This document shows positions 47,340-61,416 of a stretch of DNA of 64,000 nt, in pieces. The first letter of the stretch is position 1, and each line of letters starts with the position of its first letter. The notes beneath the pieces were generated by a model that had not been told where the DNA came from, made no database searches, and saw only the letters and a program-made list of their open reading frames with translations. The stretch lies in the NCBI RefSeq assembly GCF_001194135.2, contig NC_068982.1:134297153-134361152 (forward strand). Direction: 5' to 3'. This stretch comes from Octopus bimaculoides (taxonomy: Eukaryota). A program made the translations under genes and the position numbers.

Positions 47340-47600
47340 CTATCTTATTTCCTGGTGAATACAAAGTTTAGCTAGATCCCATGTTTGCTTGATTAGTTGG
47401 CTGGCTGGCTTCCTGAAGTTCATGTTGCAAATGATGAATTCAGTTACATAACAGGAACCTTGACTTGTTCTCTGTACCACATAACCATAGCCTTCATGTA
47501 TGCCAGAGAAGCCGACATAGTAGTGTTTGTGTTCATTTAAATCACCAGCCTTGATAACGAGGTTGTTGCAGAAGGCTATTATAAAAGCAGTTCTTTTCAT
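47340..47600 (-). mobile_element. Decayed RTE-type APE endonuclease fragment
   Basis: VIKAGDLNEH..VGFSGIHEGYGY...NMNFRKPASQLI matches the AGD(L/F)N.HVG..G.HGG.G.G..N..F.K motif. Confidence 0.75.
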
Positions 47601-50600
47601 TTGCCAGCCCTGTTTGTGGTGCATCTGAGGAGGTAACTGTTATTATTGGTTTACCTGTGACTAATCTAAGCTTAATTAATCTATTACATATGTATGTAGG
47701 AACATACATATGTGAGCATGCATGTATGCGTATATTTGCATTGTATATACACATGTATACATTTGCACATGACCAATGTCTATACATATAGATATATACA
47801 GATAGGCACAGACATGGCTACATGGTAAGAAGTTTACTTCCCAACCGCATGCTTCTTGGTTCAGTCCTACTGTGTGGCTCCTTGAGGTAGTGTCTTCAGA
47901 CCCAAGTTGACCAAAGCCTTGTGTGTGGATTTGGTGGATGGAAATGGAAAGAAACCAAGTGTGTGTGTGTATTACCTCAACTACTTTATCCATTTCTCTG
48001 CTAACAATATGCCAATGTCGTCACTCCTCCTATCTGAAAACTTCATCTTTGCTCTCTAGGCTGAAACTTCCCTCCAATTTTGTCCCTTGAACACAACACA
48101 CTTTTTTTCCCCTGACTTTCATTGTTCCAATGTTAATTGTGGCAGCCCTAAAGTTTTAAACTTGACAGGAAGTGGTCTGTGCCCAGTGGTGAATGGGTAG
48201 ATTTATATTGGTTTTCTACATCTGAAATAAAGCTTGTGCAGTCATTTCTCATAACCAGGTGGGGTGTCCCCCAATTCAATTCATCTTTTATTCCTTTACT
48301 TTCCACTGAATTTCTACAAATAATTATTAACACCAAGATGCAAAATATGGCTGTGTGGTGAAGAAGTTCACTTTTCAACTATGAGGTTTAGGGTTCAGTC
48401 CCACAGCCTGGTATTTTGGGTAATTATCTTCCAATATAGCTCAAGACTTAGTGAAGGAATTTTCTAGACACAAACTGACCAAATCACGTGTGTTTGTGTG
48501 TGAATGTTTACAAAACTATGAGCTACAAGTACGAGCACTGACGTCACTGTTTGTGACGCATCATTATTTGTGGTTGGGCTGCAACCAATGCAGTTTGTTG
48601 ATGATTTCTTATCAACAAATTATCTGTAAATTTCTTGCTCTCCACTTCCTCTGAAATAAAAGAAATTCCTTATTTGAAAGACAAGTACAGGTTGCATCTG
48701 GCCATAAAAATCACATCTCAAATTTTCTCATCAAAACCATACTAGCGTGGAAACACATTAAATGAAATACAAAGATAGTTGGTGGCAGTCTTTATTGCTT
48801 TTTTTTTTTTTTTAAGTGGTAATGATTGAAACAATCTATGCTTCCTTGGCCTTATAAAAAGCAACGTTGTTGCTCATGACACCAGCAAACTTTTGACACC
48901 GTGAAATGCAGCAGGGCCTCTCAGATAATTGTACACCAAAATTTACTTTCATCTTTCATCAAAAGTTTTCCATCAGACAATTCCATCACTTAGAGAAGTA
49001 AAACATGCCCTCACATATCTACTGCCTCTGTAGCAAATGACAAAGAAATACAGGAGAGGTTCAATCATCTCAATACCTGTCCACTCACTCAGTCCAAACC
49101 TCTGCATCACCTCACTTATTCTCATCACCCACAATGTCCCCTAAAAGCATGACCCAACACATCTTTGCCATTATCTCTCTATCACTCTCTTTATCTTACT
49201 GTCTAACTCACTCTCCTTTCATTCTCAACTGGGTTATCCATGTATCTACTGTACAACAAGATACTTATCTCTGTCCCTTTATACCCTTAATCTCTCATTT
49301 AGCACAAAGCCACACCCCACTCAGTACTATTCCCCACTCTCTGTTGAGGTTCTTTTGTTTTACAAGATACTTGGTAACCCTGATGGTGCTGGTACCATGT
49401 AAAAAAACACACAGTACACTGTAAAGTGGTCAGCATTAAAAAGTGCATCCTGCTGTAGAAACCAGGCCAAAGTAGATGACTGGAATATGGTGTGACTCCT
49501 GACCTTGCTAGTTCTTGTCAAACCACCCAACCCATGCCAGCATGGAAAATGGATGTTAAATGATGATTTTTTTTTTTCTTTTTCTTTCTGCATTTTCAGT
49601 ATGATAAAATAAGTCAACCTATTAACAGAGGCAGAATTATCTATCAGACTAATTACAGCAGACATTAAAAATGAAGCTCAGCATATTTAGGCTCTAAACT
49701 TCATTAGGCAGATATGTATTTAGCATAGGGCCATGGATTGGCTCCCATGCCGGTAACACTTGAAAAGCACCATTCGAGCTTACTTATTTCTGTCATCATT
49801 TTTACCCTTTTCCAATGAGTTGTAGTGCACCTGAGCATTGTATGCCAAAGCTCATTATCATAAAAACATCGATTTTCTCCAAGTTCTCCAGGCCCAGAAA
49901 TCAGCTGTTGTAATTTAACCCTAGCTCAGCACTGATTAAATCCCTCAATAATCAAAATATAGTCCAGATATGGTCATTGTATTTTTCTTTCTTTCCATTT
50001 TTTCACTTTCAGATTCAGTAATATTTTCGACCACATTACCCCAAAGTGTTAACTTCTTATAAGAATTTTTGATTTGGCTGCTATTTCTAGCAGGCCGAAT
50101 GACCAGGTAGAAGTTCTGGTCATGGATTTTATGTCCTAGATATTATCGACATCATTGTACCAACAACAGATGTTATGTTGTTATTGCTGCTGCTGTTCCT
50201 TCATGAATAACTATTTTAAACATTAGGTTTACAATCAATACTGGTTTGCAGATATGAAATCTTTATTTATCTGACAATATGTACTGCAGTTTGTGATTAT
50301 GGTGATAACATAGTGCTTAAGGAATGAAATAAAAAGAAGTTTATAATAAAAATGAAAACTGCTAATTATAGGTTTTGTTTTTTTCTAAATTGAGAAAAAT
50401 GAAGTGGTTAGTTTTGACATGAATCTTTTGCAGATGTTTTATTTTAAAGCTGCTTGTTAGAATATAGTTTTGCAGATAGTTTTTATTCTTCTTTGATGAA
50501 TAGCTGTGAGACTTAGAAGTTAGCGCCATAACTGTAATTTCAAGTTCAGTTCCACAGTGTGACATGAACAAAATAATCAGTTAAAAATTACATAAAACCA

Positions 50601-50722
50601 ATTATGAGCAACATTTTTATCAACAAAGTTCCTCGTGCAAATATCTTCTGCTATAGCCTTGGGCTGACTAATACCCTGTGACAGAGTCTGGCAATCAGAA
50701 ACTCTCTGGAGCTTGTTTAATA

Positions 50723-50768
<46 letters not shown>

Positions 50769-52719
50769 CTTTAAGTTAGTTAAAATAGGTTTGACATATT
50801 TCAACTTTTAAAAGCCAAATTCATTGCAGTTACTGTCGAGAAAAACATATTCTAATAAACCTAAAATTCATTTATTCCCAATCGCTGCTTGATGCTGATG
50901 ATGTTGTATATATATATATTTACACATTTTCTTTGCCATGCTTGCATGGGTCAGACGGAGTTAATTTGAGGCAGATTTTCTTTGGTTGGATGCTCTTCCT
51001 GATACCAACTCTCACGTTTCTAGGCAAGGTAATACTTTCCCNNNNNNNNNNNNNNNNNNNNNNNNNNNNNNNNNNNNNNNNNNNNNNNNNNNNNNNNNNN
51101 NNNNNNNNNNNNNNNNNNNNNNNNNNNNNNNNNNNNNNNNNNNNNNNNNNNNNNNNNNNNNNNNNNNNNNNNNNNNNNNNNNNNNNNNNNNNNNNNNNNN
51201 NNNNNNNNNNNNNNNNNNNNNNNNNNNNNNNNNNNNNNNNNNNNNNNNNNNNNNNNNNNNNNNNNNNNNNNNNNNNNNNNNNNNNNNNNNNNNNNNNNNN
51301 NNNNNNNNNNNNNNNNNNNNNNNNNNNNNNNNNNNNNNNNNNNNNNNNNNNNNNNNNNNNNNNNNNNNNNNNNNNNNNNNNNNNNNNNNNNNNNNNNNNN
51401 NNNNNNNNNNNNNNNNNNNNNNNNNNNNNNNNNNNNNNNNNNNNNNNNNNNNNNNNNNNNNNNNNNNNNNNNNNNNNNNNNNNNNNNNNNNNNNNNNNNN
51501 NNNNNNNNNNNNNNNNNNNNNNNNNNNNNNNNNNNNNNNNNNNNNNNNNNNNNNNNNNNNNNNNNNNNNNNNNNNNNNNNNNNNNNNNNNNNNNNNNNNN
51601 NNNNNNNNNNTTCTTTCAGTTTCTCTGCCAAATCTACTCACAGTTTTTTTTTGTTTTTGTTTAGAATGTTTGAGAGATTACTTATTGATATATTAACGTG
51701 TGTCTGTGTGTGCAACATGTTTACAGAATAAGACAGGCCGTCATGAGAACAAAGTGTATGTATGTATAGGCATGGATGTATGTGTGTGTGTGTGTGTGTT
51801 AAGTACATGTAAGAATAGCAATGAAGGAGAAAGTGAGTCTATAATGAGAAGTTAGACAAATGTTCATAGACACATGAATGAGAAATATCAGTTCATAGCC
51901 ACAGCTTCTTGATACAATCTTTCAATCACTGTGTACAATTGACTATGATGCAGAGCTGGTTGTGGTACATGTTGTATGAAGTTGTGGCTGTAATGCTGCT
52001 GCCTGGGTCACTTGTACAGGTGTTCTTGCAAGTTGCATATTCGCTGTTAACCATGGTGAAGTAATTCACAAACAGTGCTATGTTGGAGTCTGTGTAGTGT
52101 TGCTTGAGCTGTGTATGTAGAGCTGATGTTGACGATATTTAGAAGATGATGGTGGCAATGAAGATGGAGGTACACAATGCTGTTGGATGGGTTGTATGGC
52201 ATTGCTGCTGGAACTGGCTGTGTCTTGGGTGGTCAGTGGCTAGACCTTAAAAGGTCTGGAACCAAAGACCCACTCACATGTCTTTGGCTGACCCAGAGCT
52301 ATTGTAGAAAACACTTGGCCGAGATGCAGTGTATTGGGATTGAAGCTAGAATCATTTTGCTGGAAAGTGAACTTCAAAACTACACAGTTATGTCTGCCCC
52401 ATTCCTAAATGAGAAAATATAATTTTGAAGCAGTTGCTCTGCAACAAATTGCTCATAATATTGTTCTGCAATCAATATGGATTTCAAAATCTTCTTTTTG
52501 GTGACATATTCTCATAGTTGTGGTCTATTAAATATTTTAACTGGATCTAGCATGCAATTATTTTGGATAAATATATTACATCATAGTCTATATATTTAGA
52601 AAATATTCTTAGTTTATAAATAACATAAAAAATATAAGTTAGACAGGAATTCTATAAAATGTGTCTAAATAAGCACCTCATATCTACACATCTTAAGGTA
52701 GCTTCATTACCGGTGTTTC

Positions 52720-53070
52720 ATCATCAACATCTGCTTTCCATGCTGGCATGGGTTGGACAGTTTGACTGAGAATTGGCAAGCTGGGAGACTGCAACAGGCT
52801 CCAATCTGATCTGGCAATGTTTCTAGAGCTGGATGCCCTTCCTAATGCCAACCACTCCGAGAGTCTAGTGGGTGCTTTTTACATGCCACTGGCATAGGAG
52901 CCAGTCAGGAGGTACTGGCACTGGCCTCGCTCAAATGGTACTTTTTACATGCCACTGACATGGGAGCCAGTCAGGCGGCACTAGCATCAGCCATGCTCAA
53001 ATGGTGCTTTTTACGTGCCACCAGCAAGGGTGCCATCAAGCAGCACTGGCATTGGCCATGCTTGAATCGT
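52720..53070 (-). mobile_element. RTE-tail repeat, CpG-decayed
   Basis: 'catcatcaacatctgctttccatgctggcatggg...'. Confidence 0.85.
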
Positions 53071-53614
53071 GCTTTTGCAATATGTAAGACAATCTTTTTA
53101 AACTTTTTGACATCAATCAGCCAGAGACTACTCCTGCTATGACACATGCTTCCTGTTTTAAAGAGATGTAAATTAAAACATTCCATCAAAACTTCATGTT
53201 ATCTTCCAAATGCCTGCTTAATAATGAGTTATTTTACTGAATTGTTCATTAATTTCAAAATTAATTGAGATGAAGGTAGTTTATTTCAGCAGAAATAATA
53301 GTAAAAAAAGAGTTAAAACTTTCTTCTCACTTACATTAACTTGCATGTTCCTCAGGTTTCTGAAATTACTCTGATCATTTTCATTCATTCATTCTTAAAG
53401 CTTAACTCACTCCTACAGTAATAACACCATCTGCTACTTTTCTCTTCAGTTTTACTCAAAACACTAATTTACTTATTGTCATAGCATCACCAGGGTTGCC
53501 ACACATGTTTTGCAGTAGAGTTGCAACAACATAATCAGTAGTATTTTGATTTTGGAGTTGCTAAATATAATTAGCTTGAAACAGAAATGCATTATTACTC
53601 TTCTATCTCTATGA

Positions 53615-53649
<35 letters not shown>

Positions 53650-53744
53650 TGTGCGTGTGTGTGTGTGTGTGTGTACATACATACATACATATATGTATAT
53701 ATATATATATACACACACACATACACACACACACAAACACATAC

Positions 53745-54000
53745 ATACAGGCACAGACATGGCTATGCAGTAAGAAGCTTGCTTCCCCACCACATGATTC
53801 TTGGTTCAATTCCACTGCATGGCACCTTGAGCAAGTGTCTTTTATGCCTCACACTAACCAAAGCCTTGTGAGTGGATTTGGTAGACAGAAACTGCGGCGA
53901 GCTGGCAGAAACGTTAACATGCCGGGCGAAATGCTTACCAGTATTTCATCTGTTGCTACATTCTGAGTTCAAATTCCGCTGAGATCAACTTTACCTTTAC
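53745..54000 (+). mobile_element. SINE family A head followed by an OR/Ceph-type SINE head
   Basis: Similarity to the two families elsewhere in the window. Confidence 0.8.
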
Positions 54001-55261
54001 ACGTACCACACACACATACACACATTCTCAAATTGTTTGTCTTCCATGTACTGAAAACTGCATCTTGAGCATTTCAAGACCCATTTAGCTTATTTTCAAT
54101 TTTATCTCCAAGTAGTCACAACTAAGATGACATTTCACTATTCTATGTCAGGAATCTTGATCCTTACTTAGATTTGATAGATTCTGAGTTTCATATTGTG
54201 GCTTTGCCAATAGCATGAACCTAGATGAGTGGTCTTTTGCTCTCCATTAGAGTGCAGATATCTCTATAATATAACATCTAGTATGGCCTGTTATTCTACC
54301 CCCACATTGAACAACAACAGTAGAGGTGGGTGGATTGAATCTATAAATCTCCTCTTTGGTCTTATGCTCATTTGAGATGTTTTGACCCCTCATGAAAAGC
54401 CTTGTGAACTTACCAAGGTGATTTTGAAGCTCTTTCATAGTCCAGGTTCACAAATATAGCTTTATCTGAAATGGTATGTCTAGTCTGAGCTACAAATATC
54501 ACACAGTTTGCAAGAAATAGCAGTCAAATTTCTCTTCCTATACTAGTCTTTGTAAAGACACTAGAGTATCCAAGTAGTCTTAGATATATTAGATAAATCA
54601 GAAAATAGATGGTCATGCTTGGATTGATTTTGATTATAAGTCTCTTTAGTCAAGGTTGACCTAGAGTTAAGCAACAGCCATATCTACATCCACCTTGTCA
54701 TCGTCATTTCTGAACCATAGGTCTGTTCATAGCACTGGCACTTATTTGGTTTCTGTAATATCTAAAAATTAGACTAAGTTGCCCATCTGTTGCAAATTTG
54801 TTACTCAATCTCTGTTCTGCACCAACAGAATGTAAACTCAAAGCTGCAAGCCACCAAAAGCTGTTATTTTAAACATTTTTGAACATTCAGTCAGTTTGTC
54901 ATACCATGTTCAAGCTACTTCTTATTTGGTGAAGAGACTGTGTATAGACTGGAACAGTGTGTGCTAAATGTAATAATCAAGTAAAACTAGACAATACTCT
55001 GATAAAGTAAATGCTCTATATTTAAATGACAGAATTATGTTTATAAATAGTACAATAGACAGATGCATGTATTATAAAATGTACTAACAGCTCATCTTGA
55101 ATATAAATATCTGTTTTTATGATTGCTTCCTTACTGTTGCATAAGTAGATAGAAGCATCTCTATCACGACCCTAAAAAATCCTTTAACTTCAAAATCATT
55201 ACATTAATTGTCTATAATTAATGAACATAAAGCAACTCTTTTTGATGTTACTTTTGCTTGA

Positions 55262-55298
<37 letters not shown>

Positions 55299-55974
55299 TC
55301 TTTGCACAGTTCTACTTGTTGGCTAACTGTCAGCTATGTTCATGCATTCTACTTTAACCAATTTAGTTTTACATGAGGTTAAATTACTGAAGAAATGGAT
55401 CCTGTTAGTATTCATAAGATGAAATGGTATTTACATGAATATGGTATTTGTTAAAGTTAAAAAAAATTATGGCATTAATCTTAAACTAAGAATTGCAGTT
55501 AGTATTTTAGTTTTTCTCATCAAGGTGACGAATTGGCAGTCTTTGGAGCATTAGTTAGAATGCTTTATGGAATGTTTTGTGTTCAGTTCAAATCTTGCTG
55601 TGGTTAATTTTGCCTTTCATTCTTCCAGGGTTAGTAAAAAAGAAAAAGAAAAAAAAGGAACAATCTAAGGTGGCTTGCTGTATTTGTTCTGGCTTTTGAT
55701 ATTCTGAGTTCAAATCCTACCATGGCCTACTTGGATGGTAGATGTAATGTCACCTGATTTAAAACCAACACCCAACATTTTTGATTCTGTTTTTGTGGAA
55801 TCTCCTTTGTTAGAAGTATTTAAGTCAGGCCTCCAGTTCAAGAATATCTTTCCCCTAAGCTTTAGAGAGCCTGTAATGAGACATGGGCACTGTCTCTTCC
55901 TCTGACTAAAATATAAAAAAAAGAATGGAGTGCTCCAGCAGAGCCGCAGTCAAATGCTGAAACAAGTAAAAGAA

Positions 55975-56190
55975 TAATCTTTTCTACTCTAGGCTCAAAA
56001 TTTTGGGGGAGGGGGCCAGTCGATTAGATCGACCCCAGTATGCAACTGGTACTTAATTTATCGACCCCAAAAGGATGAAAGGCAAAGTTGACCTTGGCGG
56101 AATTTGAACTCAGCGTATTTCGTCTGTCTTTATGTTCTAAGCGTTTTGCCTGGTGTGCTAACGTTTCTGCCAGCTCACCTCCTTAAAAGT
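55975..56190 (-). mobile_element. OR/Ceph-type SINE
   Basis: Reverse complement of the core 'ggtacttaatttatcgaccccaaaaggatgaaaggcaaagttgacc'. Confidence 0.85.
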
Positions 56191-57489
56191 AAAAGAATAA
56201 TAGAGATATAAAGAAGGTAGTGGAAATATGGCTCTTTCAATCAGTACTGATCCTTCTATTCCTCTGGGGATTAGAGATAGCTGTGAAGATAAAGTATTGA
56301 AATGTTTAGTTTTGAATTGATTTCTGTTTCTGGTATTTTAATGTGTTTCTGGGAATGACATGCACAATTCTTCAGTTTTGGTTCAATCAGCTGTTTATGG
56401 ATACCAGATGGTTATCTGAAATAGGGATATCTCTGATATCCATTTTGTCAACAAAAAGTGACATCAGTACCAGCCATAGACTGGTGTCCTATCCAAGATT
56501 GGAATTCAACTTTCTATGAACAAATATGACAATTTGCAGTTTATATTTGCAATATTCCAAAAATATTTACTGGTTAGGGTGAGGTAGATCTTTTGACAAT
56601 AAATAAGTTAATTGATCAAACAAATCAAATTTTGGCTTCTTATAATTTATTTTGAAGAAATAATCATTGTGTTGTATATAACTCTACTTTTTGGTTCAAT
56701 TTATTAAAAAAAAAAAAATCAGTTAATACAACTGGGTAAGAAATGTCTGCCAAAACATTAAATTTAACTTCTGTTTACTACTTAGCCTAAATAATTGCTT
56801 ACTTGAAGGCAACTGGGAAACCAGACCAGTGTATCTTCTCGAATACAGAAACAAATATACAGATATATTATTTCAAGAAAACATCATCATTGCTGTTTTA
56901 ACATCTACATTTCTATGCTTGCATAGATCTGACGGAATTCACCGAGGCAGGTTTTCTAAAGTTAGATACCTTCCATTGCCAACCCTTACTTGATTCCAAG
57001 TGAGGTAATATTTCCGCATGGCTAGACATGTTTCCATGAAAGACTCCATTTGACTAACTGATGCTCATTTATAACTATCCCATGTTGTCAAGGCACACAC
57101 ACACACACACACACACTTTTAATTTCTGTCCACCATATCCATTTACAAGGTTTTAGTCTGCCAAGGGCTGTAGTAGACACTTGATGAAGGTGTGATGCTG
57201 TGAGATTGTTTCCAAGCCATGTGGTCTTGGGTTCAAATTTTTTAACTACACAGTATTGCCTTGCATAAACCATTGCTTGCAACAATGTTTTTACAAAATA
57301 TTTTTCTTTTTCTAATTATTACATTCTTTTCTGTAAGTTTATACATAACCTATAAGTTCTCTAAGTTTAAATATAGTCTATTATCATTCCAAGTCTTATC
57401 GTATCTAAGTTTGTCTGTGAAACCTGCAAAGTGCTGATCATTGGTGTTGTTATTTTAGAACAGAGAAAAGTAGTAAGTAGTATTTATTG

Positions 57490-57690
57490 TACATCATCAT
57501 CCTCATTTAACATCCGTTTTCCATGCTGGCATGGGTTGGACATTTTGATAGGAGGCGGCAAGCCAGAGGGCTGCACCAGGTTCCAGTTGTCTGTTTTGAC
57601 ATGGTTTCTATGGCTGGATGCCCTTCCTAATGCTAACCACTTTATATTGTGTAGTGGGTGCTTTTTATGTGACGCCAGCACTGTAACACC
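57490..57690 (-). mobile_element. RTE-tail repeat, decayed
   Basis: 'catcatcatcctcatttaacatccgttttccatgctggcatggg'. Confidence 0.8.
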
Positions 57691-59686
57691 CAGCAAAAAT
57701 ATTATTGTGTAGAAATTGAAGTCAAAACTCCCTCAAGTAACCCTTGTTTTAAAGGAAGGAAAGATGCATTGAGTAATACATCTTGGATGTATTTACTCAA
57801 TAGATTGTTGTGACTAAAATTCCTTTGACTTTAGATCTGCTTGATCAGAATCGACTTGTGGATAAATGAAAACAGATGCAATTTTTAGTTATTCCACCTT
57901 GCTCTCCAAGTTGGGTTTGAATTTACCTTCATCACTCTTTGGTCCATAAAATATCTTTTTGTCATTTCTTTCAAATTTGTGTCCTTGTGAAAAATCATTG
58001 CAGACTTGTAGCCTTGGTCAGTTCTGCTCAGTAAATATAGCAAAAAGATTACTTACTGATCAAATGTGATTGTTAAATTCAATACCTTTTCTATACACAG
58101 AAATAAGACTTGCTTCATGTCAACTGGTTTTGACTCGGCTCACCAGGTTTTATATGAAGGTGCATGGCCTAGTGGTGAGGATGTTATACTCAAAATCATA
58201 AGATCATGGGTTCACTTTCTAGTCCAGGTGGTACATTGTGTTCTTGAGGAAAACACTTCATTTCATTCTTGCTCCAGTTCACTTACCTGCAAATGAGTTG
58301 CAGCAGTAACTGGGAAGTTAATTCTGTGAAGGACTGGTGTCACATTCAGATGTGTGTAGGGTGAATCTTGTAATCTCATTCACTTACATGACCTGGAAAC
58401 CCAGTTAAGATTCAGTTTTAAGAGTTCTATGACTCATGATACACTTAAGCCTAAGTAAGTTTCCAAGTTTATATTGTGAGAAAATACTCGTCTTAAGATT
58501 TTGTCCTTAGATCCTGTGATCTTCAGTTTAAATTCACTTATAGTTTTAGTTACAATTTAATTACAAGGAGACAAAGAAAAAGAAAAGAAAGGAATAGGAT
58601 TAAGCGACAGAAGATGGTGGCAAGGGAGCAAAAGGTGCACACTCCAGAATAAATGGCATGTTCAGTTGTACTCCATGGACGTGACTGCAATAGCGCTGTT
58701 AAGGAGAATGGTCAGTGACACTCAATGCAGCAGTCTCTGTACCTCACAGGGCTCATTTCTCATTTGTTTAGGGAAATTTGACTGCTGTATTCAGCAGATC
58801 AAGCTTCATTGTAGAAAACTTGATATTATAAGCCATTGTAAGTGCTCCAGTTTTCAGGGCAATGTTTGTGTGGACAGGAAAATGGAAACCCCAAACTTCT
58901 GATATTTATATATTTTTTCTGCCATAAAATTCACTGGCAGTAAACGTTTATATGTATACATGGCTAGACACCAAGAAATATCTTGAAATTATTTTTCCTG
59001 TCTTCTAAATTTTATTTTCCTTCTACGTTTTTGTCTGCAATATGAAATTTTTTTATTTTTATTTAAATGTTGTATCAGAAATTTATTTATATTTCATTAT
59101 CTCAATTTACTCACAGTGTGCCAAGACACTTCAAATGATTCATCTTAATTAAATGACGGTACCTACATATGAGGTATCAAAAGTTGTACTATTTCTGAAG
59201 AAAATTAAGTAAATCTTTACTGAACATCAGTTACATCTTGTTTTAACATTTGTGTTTGAATTTTCTCAATTTTTTTTTTTATATTGTCATAATAAATTTT
59301 ACACCTGTTTTATATGTTGGCATGAGTATTTGTAGAATTTGTTTTCTCTATAATGTATTTTGTTAATGTTTTGATAGCTTGATCTTCTAAACTGTCTAAT
59401 TATCTTGAATAAATTATTTATACTATCCTGTAACCTGCTGTATTTATTTTTGGATGCTATCTTGAAGATTTTGTCTTCATGTAGAGATTCTAAGATGTAA
59501 AATGACTTAGTCAGGCCTATGGGAGGATTTTAGCTCAATATTACACGCCTAATGACTCAGTCATCAATTATACATGGCAGATTTCATCAGCTCATACTAG
59601 TGTATATGTTCCTGCATGCATGCACACAAATATGTACTCTCCATGTACATAAATCCAGGTATGCAAACATGCAACAAATTTATACA

Positions 59687-59720
<34 letters not shown>

Positions 59721-59839
59721 CATATAATGTACAAGTGTACATTATATATATATGCACATGAGCATACATTTATGTTATGTATGTACATATATGTATTCAT
59801 GAACCCCTATGCACATGAATAATGTCTATACATATAGAC

Positions 59840-60190
59840 ACAAGCATGGCTGTGTGGTAGAAAGTTTACTTCCCAACCACATGGTTCTGAGTTTGATCCT
59901 ACTGCATGGCATCTTAGTCAAGTGCCTTCCACTGTAGTCCTGAGCTAACCAAAGTCTGGTGAGTGGATTTGGTGGATGGAAATGGAAAGAAGTGTGTGTG
60001 TGTATGTGTGTATTTGTCCCTCAACACCATTTGACAACCAGTGTTTTTTATGTCCCTGTAACTTTGCAGTTCAGTGTAAGAGACTGATAGAATAATTACC
60101 AGGCTTAAGAATACTGAGTATTAGTGTTGATTCGTTTGATTAAACCCCTCGAAGGCAGTGCCATAGTATGGCTGCAGTTCAATGAGTGAA
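59840..60190 (+). mobile_element. SINE family A, CpG-decayed
   Basis: 'gcatggctgtgtggtagaaagtttacttcccaaccacatgg...'. Confidence 0.8.
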
Positions 60191-61381
60191 ACAAATAAAA
60201 AGATTAGATACATGTCCATATGGCACATCATACATAAACATTTATGTTGCAAGTATGTACAAATATGTACCTTTGTTTATATGCATATATATATGCAGAA
60301 GCATAGATGTTCATGTGTATGAAAATGTGCATTGTCATATATATGTACAACTCATGTTCTCACATATGCTCATGAATGCACATTCACTAAGATGCATTTG
60401 TGTGCACTGCTTCATAAAAATAGCTCCACTATGCACATGTCTCTACTGCAATAATATTGTATCTAGAATTTCATTTGTGATTGCTATAAGGCTGTCACTA
60501 ACCTACCTACATTATGTATAGAAATAATGCATTTATAAATCTCTCAGAAAGATTTATGCAGTAGAGATACGATGAAGTTAGTTGTATGCTGTCAACTTAA
60601 TGTGACAGTCCCCTGAAGGGAATAATACTACTGTTGGTTAGACCTAGGAAGCTGCACTGCTTCCTGTCGGCCTTGACACATTTCTTGTGTCCTTATGTTT
60701 ACAAGGGGGAGACAAGCACCTCCACCCAGCTAAGCCTGCATCCAGAGACATGTTTCAGAGATTCAGAAACATGTATGTTTATATATATTCAATCAACTTG
60801 CTAGAAACAAGAACCAAATCTCTTTCAAATTACACTCTGTTATTTTAAAGGATACACTAGATATTGTGGTTCCTGATATATGAAAAAACAAGATAGTCAT
60901 GTTTGGATCATCTTTGAAGAGGAATTTACTTGATCAGAGTTGACTTAGGTTTGAATAATGCTGCCAAGTGGAATGTACTTTTGTTACATTTCTTAATGTT
61001 TATCTATGTCAAAATTAAGTTTTCTTTTACACCTGTAGAAAAGATTGCAGCCACTTAGTCCGGTTTTGTTTTTCTTTCCTTATTTTCTGTAATCAGTCCT
61101 AATCCATTCACCCCAGCTTAGTTAAATATAATGATGATGATTTGGCTAATAAGCCACAAAAGCTCCAAGACAGACAGACAGACAACATAAAAGGTCAAAA
61201 TACAAACATAGTGGTGATGGTGGGGTTTGATGTGTAAAGAAAAAAAAAAAGGTAACAAAAGTAAGTAATAACAAATTTCCAACAAAAATATTGTCCAATA
61301 GGGGGTGGAGAAAGCTGCAAGACTAATTAACTCTATAAAAGCCCTCGATCACCCTGACCACCAAGGACAAGTACCCTCTCT

Positions 61382-61416
61382 CACCTGTAGGTGCCATTTT
61401 CTGGCACCTACAGGTG
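61382..61416. repeat. Perfect 15-bp inverted repeat with 5-nt loop
   Basis: cacctgtaggtgcca-ttttc-tggcacctacaggtg. Confidence 0.9.

Noticed and set aside
51860-52420. Unique-looking segment with S/P/Q/T-rich minus-strand frames
   Set aside because: Frames are interrupted by stops and lack splice signals. Probably an old retroelement remnant.
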